From Balanoglossus misakiensis (taxonomy: Eukaryota > Animalia > Hemichordata), in contig CM082598.2 in the NCBI GenBank assembly GCA_040954595.2, positions 9,997,097-10,061,096 on the forward strand: 64,000 nt of DNA. Reading direction: 5' to 3'. The notes below the pieces were generated by a model, which saw only the letters and a list, made by a program, of their open reading frames with translations, did no database searches and was not told where the DNA came from. The translations under genes were made by a program, and so were the position numbers. Below are positions 34,700 to 47,600 of the stretch, piece by piece. Each line of letters starts with the position of its first letter. The stretch's first letter is position 1.

Positions 34700-36732
34700 C
34701 CAAATTTCCCAGTGCTCGGGTGCACCTCGGGTGCACCTAAAATACACCCAAAACACACCAATTGCACTTAGACCCACCCGTAACCTACCTAAAACACACC
34801 ACTGTAAGATGGGGTGGGTTTTGGGTGGGTGGTCTAACCCACCCGAAATCCACCCCTACCACATGAACTGAATAGGTGTCTTACGGGTGCACCCGAAATA
34901 CACCTCCTGAAATCAGCACTGGCCGTTAAGGCACCAAGAACACACCCGCTTTAGACTTTGCAACTTTTTCGCATCGGGAAGGCACCCAAAACACACCTGC
35001 TTTCGACTTTGCAACTTTTTCACATCGAGAAGGCACCCAAAACACACCCGCTTTCGACTTTGCAACTTTTTCACATCGGGAAGGCACCCAAAACACACCC
35101 GCTTTCGACTTTGCAACTTTTTCACATCGAGAAGGCACCCAAAACACACCCGCTTTCGACTTTGCAACTTTTTCACATCGAGAAGGCACCCAAAACACAC
35201 CCGCTTTCGACTTTGCAACTTTTTCACATCGGGAAGGCACCCAAAACACACCTGCTTTAGACTTAGCAAGTTTTTCACATCAGTTAATTGATGAAAAATT
35301 ATATCATCTGTTGAAGTTGGAAAATTTCTGAATATTTTAAATAATTAACACAACTCCAAGGAATAAAAAATATTTTTTTTTTAATTTATATGTACTGGAA
35401 TATCGCACAAAATCAAGTTCTCACTCTTTTTTAGAGATCACGATTTTAATACAAATTTTCCACGATTTATTTATATTTATTGACCACAATCTACAACCCT
35501 TGCAAGTTGTACTGGCCGAAGTACAATACTTGACTTTTGACCTGGGACGTCATTACCATACGTAACCGGATTGGTCCATTCATAATAACGTCATTGAACA
35601 GTCATACTGGCGAGTCCACAGTGTAGACACGGAAGTCAATGTCGGAAAGCCATTTCGACGCAGTTTTAGCAAAATTTGTGAAATCCTTTCGTTGTTCCCA
35701 CTAATTTAGGCGTCAGAGATGATGTGCGGACATCAAAACACACAAGATCATGACAGGGGAGGTCAGTCACGTACGTTCATCGCGCGCATAGGTCGACGCG
35801 GTCATCACAATGTGGCCGCCGTTCTCGATGTCAGTAAACGCGGTCGCATTCAAACACATCGCGTTTTGTTATGACTCGGACGATTGTAAGTACCAAAGGC
35901 GTTTTGAACGAATACCTACTCCTGTGGTGTGTCCATTGATAGCTGTTGATTTGACCGTACTCATTACAAGAAATCGCGATCGCCATTTAAGGACGACGAT
36001 GCATGGACGTGCATCCGCGAGAATGGTTCATTCAAAATGGCGTGGACATTGCATGTACATTGCATATCGTTCCCGGACAGAAATGTTATTGCCGTGAAAC
36101 CACTGGCTATATTCTGATCATGGTGACTACATTTCCATCGAAGTTAGTGTAGATTACAAGTGTTTGTACATAGCTAGTCGAACTGTACTATGTTTTATCC
36201 ATCATTTTATTTTTACTGTACTGTACAAGAGAACTTTATTAAGTTTACATTTAGCAATATATTGACTTTTAGTTTTATTGAACAATAATTGACTGTATAT
36301 TGACTGTTTTTTTCACATTGTGTGTGTGTGTGTGGGTATGAGCCGCTGCATGACTTAGCAACTCCACAATACATCCATACTATATGCATTTTAGGTGGCA
36401 CCTAAAACACACCCGAAATTCGGGTGTGTTTTAGGTGCCACCTAAAGTGCATCCGGAGTATGTTGTTCCGGGTGCGTTTCGGGTGCATCCATACCATATC
36501 ATACGGGTGTGTTTCGGGTGCCACCTAAGGTGCACCTCGGGTGTGCTCTATTTCGGGTGCCTTTCGGGTGCACCTATAATGCACCTGTTTTGTACACCCG
36601 AAACACACCTAAAGTGACCAATTTAAGGTGGTTTCGGGTGTGTTTTGAGGGGTGTGTTTCGGGTGCCACCTAAGGTGCACCCGGGGTGTGTTCTTTCGGG
36701 TGCCTTTCGGGTGCACCCGATTTTGGTAAGGG
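34700..36732. mobile_element. 2033-bp non-autonomous DNA transposon with 8(-9)-bp TSD TAGAGTTA(C) and GGGTGCACC-rich subterminal repeats
   Basis: Absent from all other units (empty site CTAGAGTTACAACATACC). TSD at 34692-34699 and 36733-36740. Imperfect inverted ends TTACCAAA..CGGGTGCACC / GGTGCACCCG..TTTGGTAA. No transposase ORF. Confidence 0.85.
34930..35281. repeat. 51-bp tandem repeat (~7 copies) inside the 2-kb element
   Basis: Unit CTTTCGACTTTGCAACTTTTTCACATCG(G/A)GAAGGCACCCAAAACACACCCG; produces 17-aa periodic ORFs. Confidence 0.92.
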
Positions 36733-38807
36733 TAGAGTTACAACATACCTCATGCTGTTGACTGGTATACCAAAGGACTGCACAAACAAGACCAACTGAG
36801 CTGGTTCCAAGTCTTCCAGGGCTGAAAAAAATGACAAATTCAGGATGAAAACAACAAAAGTTTGGTGAGAAAAGATCCCAAGTTGAATTGACACACAGAT
36901 TGGCAGATATTTCCACGAAATATCACATGTAAATGGTGCAACAACAGATTAACCGATCAGGCCATGACAAATACTGCACCTCTTCACAAAAACTGCTGGG
37001 TTGCAATTTATAGCATAAAATTACTGTAAAACAGGAAATTTTTGTGATATCACAAGAGAGCTGACTATTCCATTGCTCACATTGTTTCTTTGCGACCATT
37101 TATTTTCACGTTTTTTGGCTCTCACGAAATTCGCAAAAATTTCCCCTTTTACAATAGTATGGTTGGATCTATACAATGTATACATTGAATGGGGATGAAC
37201 ACTGGACAGTGGAGCATTCTATATTAAAATTTGGGAAAACATTGAAGCCATATTAAGGTCATACTTGATTAAGCTGAAAGTCGGCACAGAATCAATTTGA
37301 AATTCAATTGGCTACAAAAATTGACTTTTCTGCCATTCTGAGATCTCCATGCTGAGCTCAATTATGTTGCTGCTTCATATAGTGGTCAGCAATAAAAACT
37401 TACTACTGTTACAGTGGTTATACATGTAACTCTTATTAAATGTTTTTTTTTCTTGTTTTATCATGAAATCTGACAATATCACGAAATCTGACTGTGGGTG
37501 GCACGACAGAATAAAACTGGTTTTCGTCTCAACTTTTGTACATGTAGTGACACAATGAAAGAATGACAGAGAAACTGCTAACAGACAGATTATTATATAT
37601 TTTTTTACCTTTTCATGTCACTTTTATAAAACACTGCATGGCAACAAATGTGAACCATGAACAATTTGCAAGACAATGAACTAGAAGTTGAACGAGATTT
37701 GAAGACCTGCTCTGGAAGTAATTGATTGACACTCACCCATGAGTAAGATTCCGCATGGGGCTGTGTGGCTTTCTTCAAGTAATTGTAGAATATATGTAAC
37801 ATGGATGTCAGTGTACATAGTGTTGGTCTGGTCGGCACTGGTGTCTCTACACAGCATGGAGCTGAGTATGGTGGGCCTTTCTACAATCAACTGAGCTAAA
37901 TCCTAGAATCAGAAAGGTAGCAGTGAAGTAAAATCAAATATGTTTGTCAAAACAACAACAACAATAACAACACACATAATCATATTCAAATAAAAATCAC
38001 TTGGTTCATGCTTAGAACTTTCTATAAACTTACTCTTTTTTTTTGCACATACTCCAATGAAAATACTGTTTGATATATAGATCACAGACTTTTGCATTTT
38101 CAACTGTTTTTGTTCTAATACTATTTGTGTGTAGCCCTCACCCAGAACCTGTATGTATGATTCACAATCATATGTCTTTATTTGTTTCTACCAGAGGTCT
38201 CCACGACTCATACTGGAAATACACAAATCATCATCTTACCAATGCAAGGTCGGCCATTTCATGAAGCTGATTGGTCGAAGAATATTTGGAGAGGAACATG
38301 ATGTACGCACTGATGGTGAGTGGCTCTGTTTCCATCTGGCAAGCCTTAGGACTAACAGCACATCGCTCACTGTGTTAAACGGCACAAAAGTTACAATTTC
38401 TGTCAAACTCTGCACCTATTCTAGTTTCCCCCCAAAAAATTCACGAAAATGGCAAGCTAGACTTCAGTGTTATATCGAAATTCTACATTAAATTAAGCAC
38501 TAAGCCTCATATATTGGCAACTCATTCTCCACATGAGGCATTTTCAGATCTTTACACGATTTTCTGTGTACAAAGATCAACCTGAAGAAGTATGATACAA
38601 TTTCTCACCTAGTTGAGTCTGTCCTTGGTTTGAGTAACCAATCGATACATTTATGCAAAGTCTGCCAATTACTCTGGTGGCTCAACAGTGCCAGCAAATA
38701 AGCACTGCACGAACTTTGAACTTTGCCCTCTGTTCTGGGTTTGTGCGTCTTGACAAAGAGTAACTGGTGTTGCAGTTGAGGGCAACTTTGCACAATCTCG
38801 GGGTGTC

Positions 38808-41800
38808 TACTATAAAATTGACATGCAATTACCTGTCGTTGGTGAAGCAAACTGAACAATGGACATGACAAATGATGTTTTCTGTGTAGATTATCAATAA
38901 ACTGACTCTCATCACTTGATGTTAGGATTTCTTGCATTGCCAGAATGATGTGATCACCAGAATTCTCTGATGAATCAAACAATTTCAGCCTGGAGATTTC
39001 CCTGGACAGTGTCTGTGTGAGAAATGATGGCAAAATATCAATATCATTTATTAGGAAACCTGGCCAATCACTGAGAAATCTGTCGGCCTTTACAAAGTAT
39101 AGTTCATAATCTTCTCATAAAATGATAAAGTTGCCGCAAAGGTATACAGTCACCTATAATTTACATACGCCCATATATGGCTGAAATGGCGTATTTGAGC
39201 GTTCTAAAGGACATATGGCGGCGCTCTTTTTTTCGCGTGTGCCACCCACTGAAAATCTGTGATTGGCTAGATCTCAAGTTTACCATGGTAACTGTAGTTA
39301 AATTACCATAGGTGACAATATACCTTAACATATCATATTTCTTCTGGGAAGTGTAATTGTTTTAAGATCAAATATTACATGTACATACCAATTGTATGCC
39401 TCTCAGATATTGTCTTTCCGTTGATGCACTCACTTTGTGCTCACCAATACTGAATAGCTGTAAATATAATCAAAGGAGAAGAAATCACTCACTCATTAGC
39501 AATGATACTGCAAAAGTGGAAGTGACTGATTTTGAGTCTGAAGTTGGAAAAGAGTCCCAGTACAGTGTAGAGAGGTTTCCAGATTAGGTAGATTTTGCTG
39601 TCCAACCATTTTCACACAACGGCCATAAAACTTAAAGAAGAACTATTAAATTACCCAGCCTGATAAGTTTTGTGGTGTTTGGAAAGTCGTCCATGTCTGA
39701 TGACACAAGATCAGCTTTTGATTGTAACATGAGACATGATCAGTTGTGTTTTGGTTCAAAAGAACATGACCTGGTTTAAGAAGCCTTGCAACTTCAGGTG
39801 ACTACAGGAGCTATACTGTGCCCATTGGCCTTGATTTGACTGAGAAACCATGATTTACTGAAAAGCCACTTGGAAAAGGGTCCACTTTATTTCTAAACCA
39901 AACTTACCTTCAGGAAGATCATCTTGGCTGACTCTTGACTATCTACAGTGACTTTTCTTGCATCCATCTTGGCTGCAACATCTTTCTTTTCATCCACCTG
40001 CATTGCCTCACTTTTCTCCTCTTTCTTTTCCTCATCTGCAAATAAAAATTGTGTTATGTCCAGGAAATATTATTTACTTTCTGAGAAGAAACTGGAATAT
40101 CTAGCTTTGCAAATCAGTTAGTGAAATAAGAGAACGCAAACAATTAATTGTCATGAAATAGTCACCTCTGTTAATATCGCGAAAAATTTCCCATCACAAA
40201 AATTACCAAGATTACAGTAACCTAAAAATATAAAATCCTAATAATGTCCAAAGTTGAAGAATTCTATATGTATGACTTAACTTTTGAGACACTATTTCAC
40301 AACACAAATACTAGTACCTTTGTTCTCTTTATCCAGGAATGAATTTTTTTCCACCTTCTGCTCCTCTCATCTGTTGAACTTCCACTAACTGAGCCATGTA
40401 TCCTTTGTCAACCACAGCCTGTTCCATACTGTACAGATCTTGTCTGCAGGCCATGTCGAGATGCTGCAGTAGTTTGCTGTGAAAAGAAACAGAAGTGTTA
40501 CATGTGTATGTGTGTTACAGGGCCAGATCACGGCACATCATGACAAAATCTTTGTGAATATGGTGCTAGCATCATGTTTATAGCAGATCATGTGTATTCA
40601 TACTTGTGGGCCAAATGACCTTAATATGTGGTTTGTTGTATGACTTAATTATAACACACACACCCAGTTTTTTTAATAGTCCTGCTTGAAAGATCACAGA
40701 GTGTCTTTGGCTACTGAAAAGCACCACCACAATGAGAGATAACTCACAACACCGAAGAGTAAATCTCTAAAGTTGTAATTTAAACCAAGTATGGAAATTG
40801 GGATGTACGGTAGCTTTGATGAGGAATAATTCTAGAGTTACAACATACCTCATGCTGTTGACTGGTATACCAAAGGACTGCACAAACAAGACCAACTGAG
40901 CTGGTTCCAAGTCTTCCAGGGCTGAAAAAAATGACAAATTCAGGATGAAAACAACAAAAGTTTGGTGAGAAAAGATCCCAAGTTGAATTGACACACAGAT
41001 TGGCAGATATTTCCACGAAATATCACATGTAAATGGTGCAACAACAGATTAACCGATCAGGCCATGACAAATACTGCACCTCTTCACAAAAACTGCTGGG
41101 TTGCAATTTATAGCATAAAATTACTGTAAAACAGGAAATTTTTGTGATATCACAAGAGAGCTGACTATTCCATTGCTCAAATTGTTTCTTTGCGACCATT
41201 TATTTTCACGTTTTTTGGCTCTCACGAAATTCGCAAAAATTTCCCCTTTTACAATAGTATGGTTGGATCTATACAATGTATACATTGAATGGGGATGAAC
41301 ACTGGACAGTGGAGCATTCTATATTAAAATTTGGGAAAACATTGAAGCCATATTAAGGTCATACTTGATTAAGCTGAAAGTCGGCACAGAATAAATTTGA
41401 AATTCAATTGGCTACAAAAATTGACTTTTCTGCCATTCTGAGATCTCCATGCTGAGCTCAATTATGTTGCTGCTTCATATAGTGGTCAGCAATAAAAACT
41501 TACTACTGTTACAGTGGTTATACATGTAACTCTTATTAAATGTTTTTTTTTCTTGTTTTATCATGAAATCTGACAATATCACGAAATCTGACTGTGGGTG
41601 GCACGACAGAATAAAACTGGTTTTCGTCTCAACTTTTGTACATGTAGTGACACAATGAAAGAATGACAGAGAAACTGCTAACAGACAGATTATTATATAT
41701 TTTTTTTACCTTTTCATGTCACTTTTATAAAACACTGCATGGCAACAAATGTGAACCATGAACAATTTGCAAGACAATGAACTAGAAGTTGAACGAGATT

Positions 41801-44606
41801 TGAAGACCTGCTCTGGAAGTAATTGATTGACACTCACCCATGAGTAAGATTCCGCATGGGGCTGTGTGGCTTTCTTCAAGTAATTGTAGAATATATGTAA
41901 CATGGATGTCAGTGTACATAGTGTTGGTCTGGTCGGCACTGGTGTCTCTACACAGCATGGAGCTGAGTATGGTGGGCCTTTCTACAATCAACTGAGCTAA
42001 ATGTGACAATGTGTAATTAAAGAGAAATATACAGTCAGTGGAGTAAAGGGTATAACACAATCATACTGATGGAATTCTCACTACCTGAAATAGGTTTTTG
42101 CTACCTAGGTGAGTGATGAATAAAGGTCTAATGTCCTCTCTGATATAACATACTAGTGTATGGTAAATGTCTTTCAGAGATCTACACATTAAAGGGACAA
42201 ACTCTCTACAGTTAATTCATTTTGGGGAGATTTTTACTCTCATATCCTACAAACGGGATGGAAGTTGTGTGTGGTCGAACATTGATTCACTTTATATCCA
42301 CATGTAGAATAACATAAATGGTGTCTTGTATCAAACATAATGTATGGAAAAAGGGCAGCGAGAGAGAGACTTTGTCCCTTTAAATATCATAGCTGGCATA
42401 CAGTTATAAATATGCATTTTTTGATTTATGTCTTGCAAGTACAAAACTGTTCTTTATTAAAAAGAAATACAGACAAGGTGATCCCAGGAACATAAAACCC
42501 AAAACTCAAAGCTACCAGACAGATGAGTCTTGAGATAAACTTGGACTTACTTGTCAATCAATCAGGACTGCTCTTGTAACAACAACTCACTCAATGCTTC
42601 ACTGGTGCTGGATGATTTTGTTGGCACTTGCATAGCAACAGATAAGGCTTTATTCAGAAACTCTTCTAGTTGGCTGGAATTGGCGCCTGTCAGCTGGTGA
42701 TACACTGCATATGGTGCAAAGTCAAACAAAATTCACCCAATCATAAAATGTATCATTAACATGATCATACCATAAAAAATGTGAATGAATTACAATTATA
42801 GCGTGCGCATATTGAATCATACGAAATCACACCAAATAACGCGAGACTTAGAAATAACATTACATGTGTATGGTGCCACTTAAACGACACCATTTATTCT
42901 TTTTGAGCCTAAATCATGTTTAACCACAACTAGACAACCACAATGACCTTGTGAGAATGAAACCCACCAATAAATACATGTAGATAATCTGAAGCTATCA
43001 CAGAAACAGAATGTCTTTGACAAAGTATTGCAAAGCCTTCAGTTGACCGCGAAAAAGTTGACGAAGCATGCATGTGGAAAGTGGAGTGTTGACAACAATG
43101 TGAATATATGCACGATAGCTTGCTGCGCTCGCACTCAGGTCAAACCTGTTACATATTACCAAAAATGTGGATCTATATAATTAACATTGGGTCCGTTCCT
43201 TCTTATCCCACTCGTGTTTCTGTTTGTTTGGTGAGAATATCTAATAGGTTAGCCCCTTTCACTCCCAGTTCCTTCTTTAGAGGTCCAACCTTACCATAGA
43301 AAACGATGGGTTTGGACTGGAACATGGCGGTGAAAGGGTTCAGGTGCTTGAGGGAGTGTTAAAAATGCAGACTTTACCTTTCTATAACATGTCTCTATCT
43401 ACAGCCATCCGTCCCTCAGTGACGGCTTCAATGATTTCACTCACTTCATCCAAGTTGCCACCACTGGCTTTGATGGGACTTTTCTCACTGCTCAGGGATT
43501 TCGCTGGAAGGAAGGACGTAAGACTGGAATTAAGGCATACGTCCCTACATAAAGGGAGGACATGATACCACAAATGGTTAATGGAGTTTCTGGGAAGGTT
43601 TTCAAATTCCAGGAATTTCCAGGAGTGTACGAATCCAGTTAAGAATTCTTTATGTCATGTGATCTGGCCATGTGACCTCCAGCATTGTCATTTCCAGGTG
43701 ACGGCAAACAACATAGTGGCATCCAGTAAAAGTTTTCCACGTATGTAAGTACTTAAGAACCGCCAGACATGTAACATGTATCAGGTATAGTACCTCATCA
43801 GCCTCATGGCATTTTGTCTGCACAGTCTTTGTCTGCACCACGTTGCTGAAGTTGCCTGTCATCTGGAAAATTGAATGCCAACGTATTTGCGCTTGAGCGC
43901 GTCTGGCGTCTTTTGATATCAAAGAATAAATGCATTGTACAAACTTGAAAGTATGTAGAATTTTTCTATTTATCCTGTGTGATATAGTGAAAACGCTCAA
44001 GTTACAGTTTGTGTATGGTTTTGAGAATTATTTCACTGCTTGAGGTAAGTGAAATAAACAGCTCACCTTGTTGTCTGTTGACTTTTTCATACTGGTTGAG
44101 AAGTTTTGTAAACACACTGTTTTCAGACTTTGATGAACTCAAAATTGCAGACACTAGCTGGACAAATCTCATCATATCTTCCTTCTTTTCAAGATGTTTC
44201 TAAATGATATAAAGGAGTGAGAGTGAGAATTGTGCATGATTATGTCAGTTTTGAACTTTCATGTCTGTTTTGGACTGAGAGCTGTTGAATGAGAGAGAGA
44301 GAGGGAGAGAGAGTTCGCGCTCGAACAATCAGGGGGTCACGCAGACGTAATCTTTTCATTGGCGTGATACTGATATCACCACGTAACTTTCAATTCCCAA
44401 GAGTGCGACTGTACGTACGTAAACTGTATCAAATTCAACTCATTCACGTCATATGAGAGGAGGTATACCGTGCGAATGCGAGCGCTGGGGGAACCGGGTA
44501 CCGCCTACTTGAAATGGACCTCTTCCCTTAGTGAAGTCAAATAATCATAATTATCTATCATGTAAGAAGTCAAAAATGTAAGAGAATGTTTTAATAAATA
44601 TGTCAA
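38808..44606 (-). repeat. Array unit 4 (short type, 963-bp deletion)
   Basis: Junction GCTAAAT|GTGACAA at ~42002. Confidence 0.9.
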
Positions 44607-47600
44607 CTTATTATTTATATTCCCCTGTATATATTCCCCTGTAAATGTCTCATAATTTGAGGAATAATATTTTGGAAGCTGAACGGAAGTTGCAACTCAA
44701 ATCAAATTTCAACTTCTCCAATATATGGAATAACACTATAAGCCTACTGACTTGAGAAACTCAAATTGAATTTCAAATTCTCGAACAAACGAAAATATGT
44801 TTGAATGTAAGTAATCTTACTATAAAATTGACATGCAATTACCTGTCGTTGGTGAAGCAAACTGAACAATGGACATGACAAATGATGTTTTCTGTGTAGA
44901 TTATAAATAAACTGACTCTCATCACTTGATGTTAGGATTTCTTGCATTGCCAGAATGATGTGATCACCAGAATTCTCTGATGAATCAAACAATTTCAGCC
45001 TGGAGATTTCCCTGGACAGTGTCTGTGTGAGAAATGATGGCAAAATATCAATATCATTTATTAGGAAACCTGGCCAATCACTGAGAAATCTGTCGGCCTT
45101 TACAAAGTATAGTTCATAATCTTCTCATAAAATGATAAAGTTGCCGCAAAGGTATACAGTCACCTATAATTTACATACGCCCATATATGGCTGAAATGGC
45201 GTATTTGAGCGTTCTAAAGGACATATGGCGGCGCTCTTTTTTTCGCGTGTGCCACCCACTGAAAATCTGTGATTGGCTAGATCTCAAGTTTACCATGGTA
45301 ACTGTAGTTAAATTACCATAGGTGACAATATACCTTAACATATCATATTTCTTCTGGGAAGTGTAATTGTTTTAAGATCAAATATTACATGTACATACCA
45401 ATTGTATGCCTCTCAGATATTGTCTTTCCGTTGATGCACTCACTTTGTGCTCACCAATACTGAATAGCTGTAAATATAATCAAAGGAGAAGAAATCACTC
45501 ACTCATTAGCAATGATACTGCAAAAGTGGAAGTGACTGATTTTGAGTCTGAAGTTGGAAAAGAGTCCCAGTACAGTGTAGAGAGGTTTCCAGATTAGGTA
45601 GATTTTGCTGTCCAACCATTTTCACACAACGGCCATAAAACTTAAAGAAGAACTATTAAATTACCCAGCCTGATAAGTTTTGTGGTGTTTGGAAAGTCGT
45701 CCATGTCTGATGACACAAGATCAGCTTTTGATTGTAACATGAGACATGATCAGTTGTGTTTTGGTTCAAAAGAACATGACCTGGTTTAAGAAGCCTTGCA
45801 ACTTCAGGTGACTACAGGAGCTATACTGTGCCCATTGGCCTTGATTTGACTGAGAAACCATGATTTACTGAAAAGCCACTTGGAAAAGGGTCCACTTTAT
45901 TTCTAAACCAAACTTACCTTCAGGAAGATCATCTTGGCTGACTCTTGACTATCTACAGTGACTTTTCTTGCATCCATCTTGGCTGCAACATCTTTCTTTT
46001 CATCCACCTGCATTGCCTCACTTTTCTCCTCTTTCTTTTCCTCATCTGCAAATAAAAATTGTGTTATGTCCAGGAAATATTATTTACTTTCTGAGAAGAA
46101 ACTGGAATATCTAGCTTTGCAAATCAGTTAGTGAAATAAGAGAACGCAAACAATTAATTGTCATGAAATAGTCACCTCTGTTAATATCGCGAAAAATTTC
46201 CCATCACAAAAATTACCAAGATTACAGTAACCTAAAAATATAAAATCCTAATAATGTCCAAAGTTGAAGAATTCTATATGTATGACTTAACTTTTGAGAC
46301 ACTATTTCACAACACAAATACTAGTACCTTTGTTCTCTTTATCCAGGAATGAATTTTTTTCCACCTTCTGCTCCTCTCATCTGTTGAACTTCCACTAACT
46401 GAGCCATGTATCCTTTGTCAACCACAGCCTGTTCCATACTGTACAGATCTTGTCTGCAGGCCATGTCGAGATGCTGCAGTAGTTTGCTGTGAAAAGAAAC
46501 AGAAGTGTTACATGTGTATGTGTGTTACAGGGCCAGATCACGGCACATCATGACAAAATCTTTGTGAATATGGTGCTAGCATCATGTTTATAGCAGATCA
46601 TGTGTATTCATACTTGTGGGCCAAATGACCTTAATATGTGGTTTGTTGTACGACTTAAGGTGGCATTGCATGAAAAGTTGTGATTTTTGCCAAATTTTAC
46701 TTTTTTACATAAATCGGTAGGCCTAATACTGACCCACAACCTGACTAATACGTCTTGGCGGAAATGGTGCATAATCACCCCAAAATAGCACTTTTCTGAA
46801 TGAGTTCACAGCTTAACAAATAGGTGTCAACAATGCAAATAGCCGTTTTTCTCAGTTTGCATTTTCGCTGCTCTTGACAACTTCGGACTAAAATAGCTTC
46901 GCCCTGCGTTGGCCGAATTTGCTCAAATTTTGACAGGGAATTGTGTATGACCCATCCAACAAAACGCTAGTTTTGTTTGTCGATAAAGTGTCCCTGGCGG
47001 GAATAAACTCTGATTCAATACAACTCACCGTGAATTTGATCAAATTTTCTGAAAATCTAACTTTTAAACGCTGTTACTCCTCAATGGAAGCAGATAACGC
47101 AAAACAAAATTAGCGTTTTTTTGCACGTGTAGTCTAGTTTTGAATGACATATTAAGATGCAAGATGCATGGTCAACTTTTTTACCTATTTTAAATTTCAT
47201 GACATAATATCAAAAAATGGTTTTTTTCACCCCAAATCGCCACCATTTCCGGGGATCAATAATATTTGCAACTCAAACAAAAGTTCAAAATCTCAGCTTC
47301 CAGAATATATATGGTTCATGGGGGTTTTAACTTTTTCTTTGATGAGAAATAGGCCTCTGAAAAAGTCTCGACGGTTGCATGCAGTGCCACCTTAATTATA
47401 ACACACACACCCAGTTTTTTCAATAGTCCTGCTTGAAAGATCACAGAGTGTCTTTGGCTACTGAAAAGCACCACCACAATGAGAGATAACTCACAACACC
47501 GAAGAGTAAATCTCTAAAGTTGTAATTTAAACCAAGTATGGAAATTGGGATGTACGGTAGCTTTGATGAGGAATAATTCTAGAGTTACAACATACCTCAT

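Larger units (their letters stand above)
32453..38807 (-). repeat. Array unit 3 (2-kb TE insertion; ends in a ~2.9-kb deletion)
   Basis: Insertion at 34700-36732; junction at ~38805. Confidence 0.9.

Noticed and set aside
34913-35278. ORFs with 17-aa CxxC-containing repeats
   Set aside because: Translations of a 51-bp tandem repeat that is open in several frames on both strands inside a non-autonomous TE.
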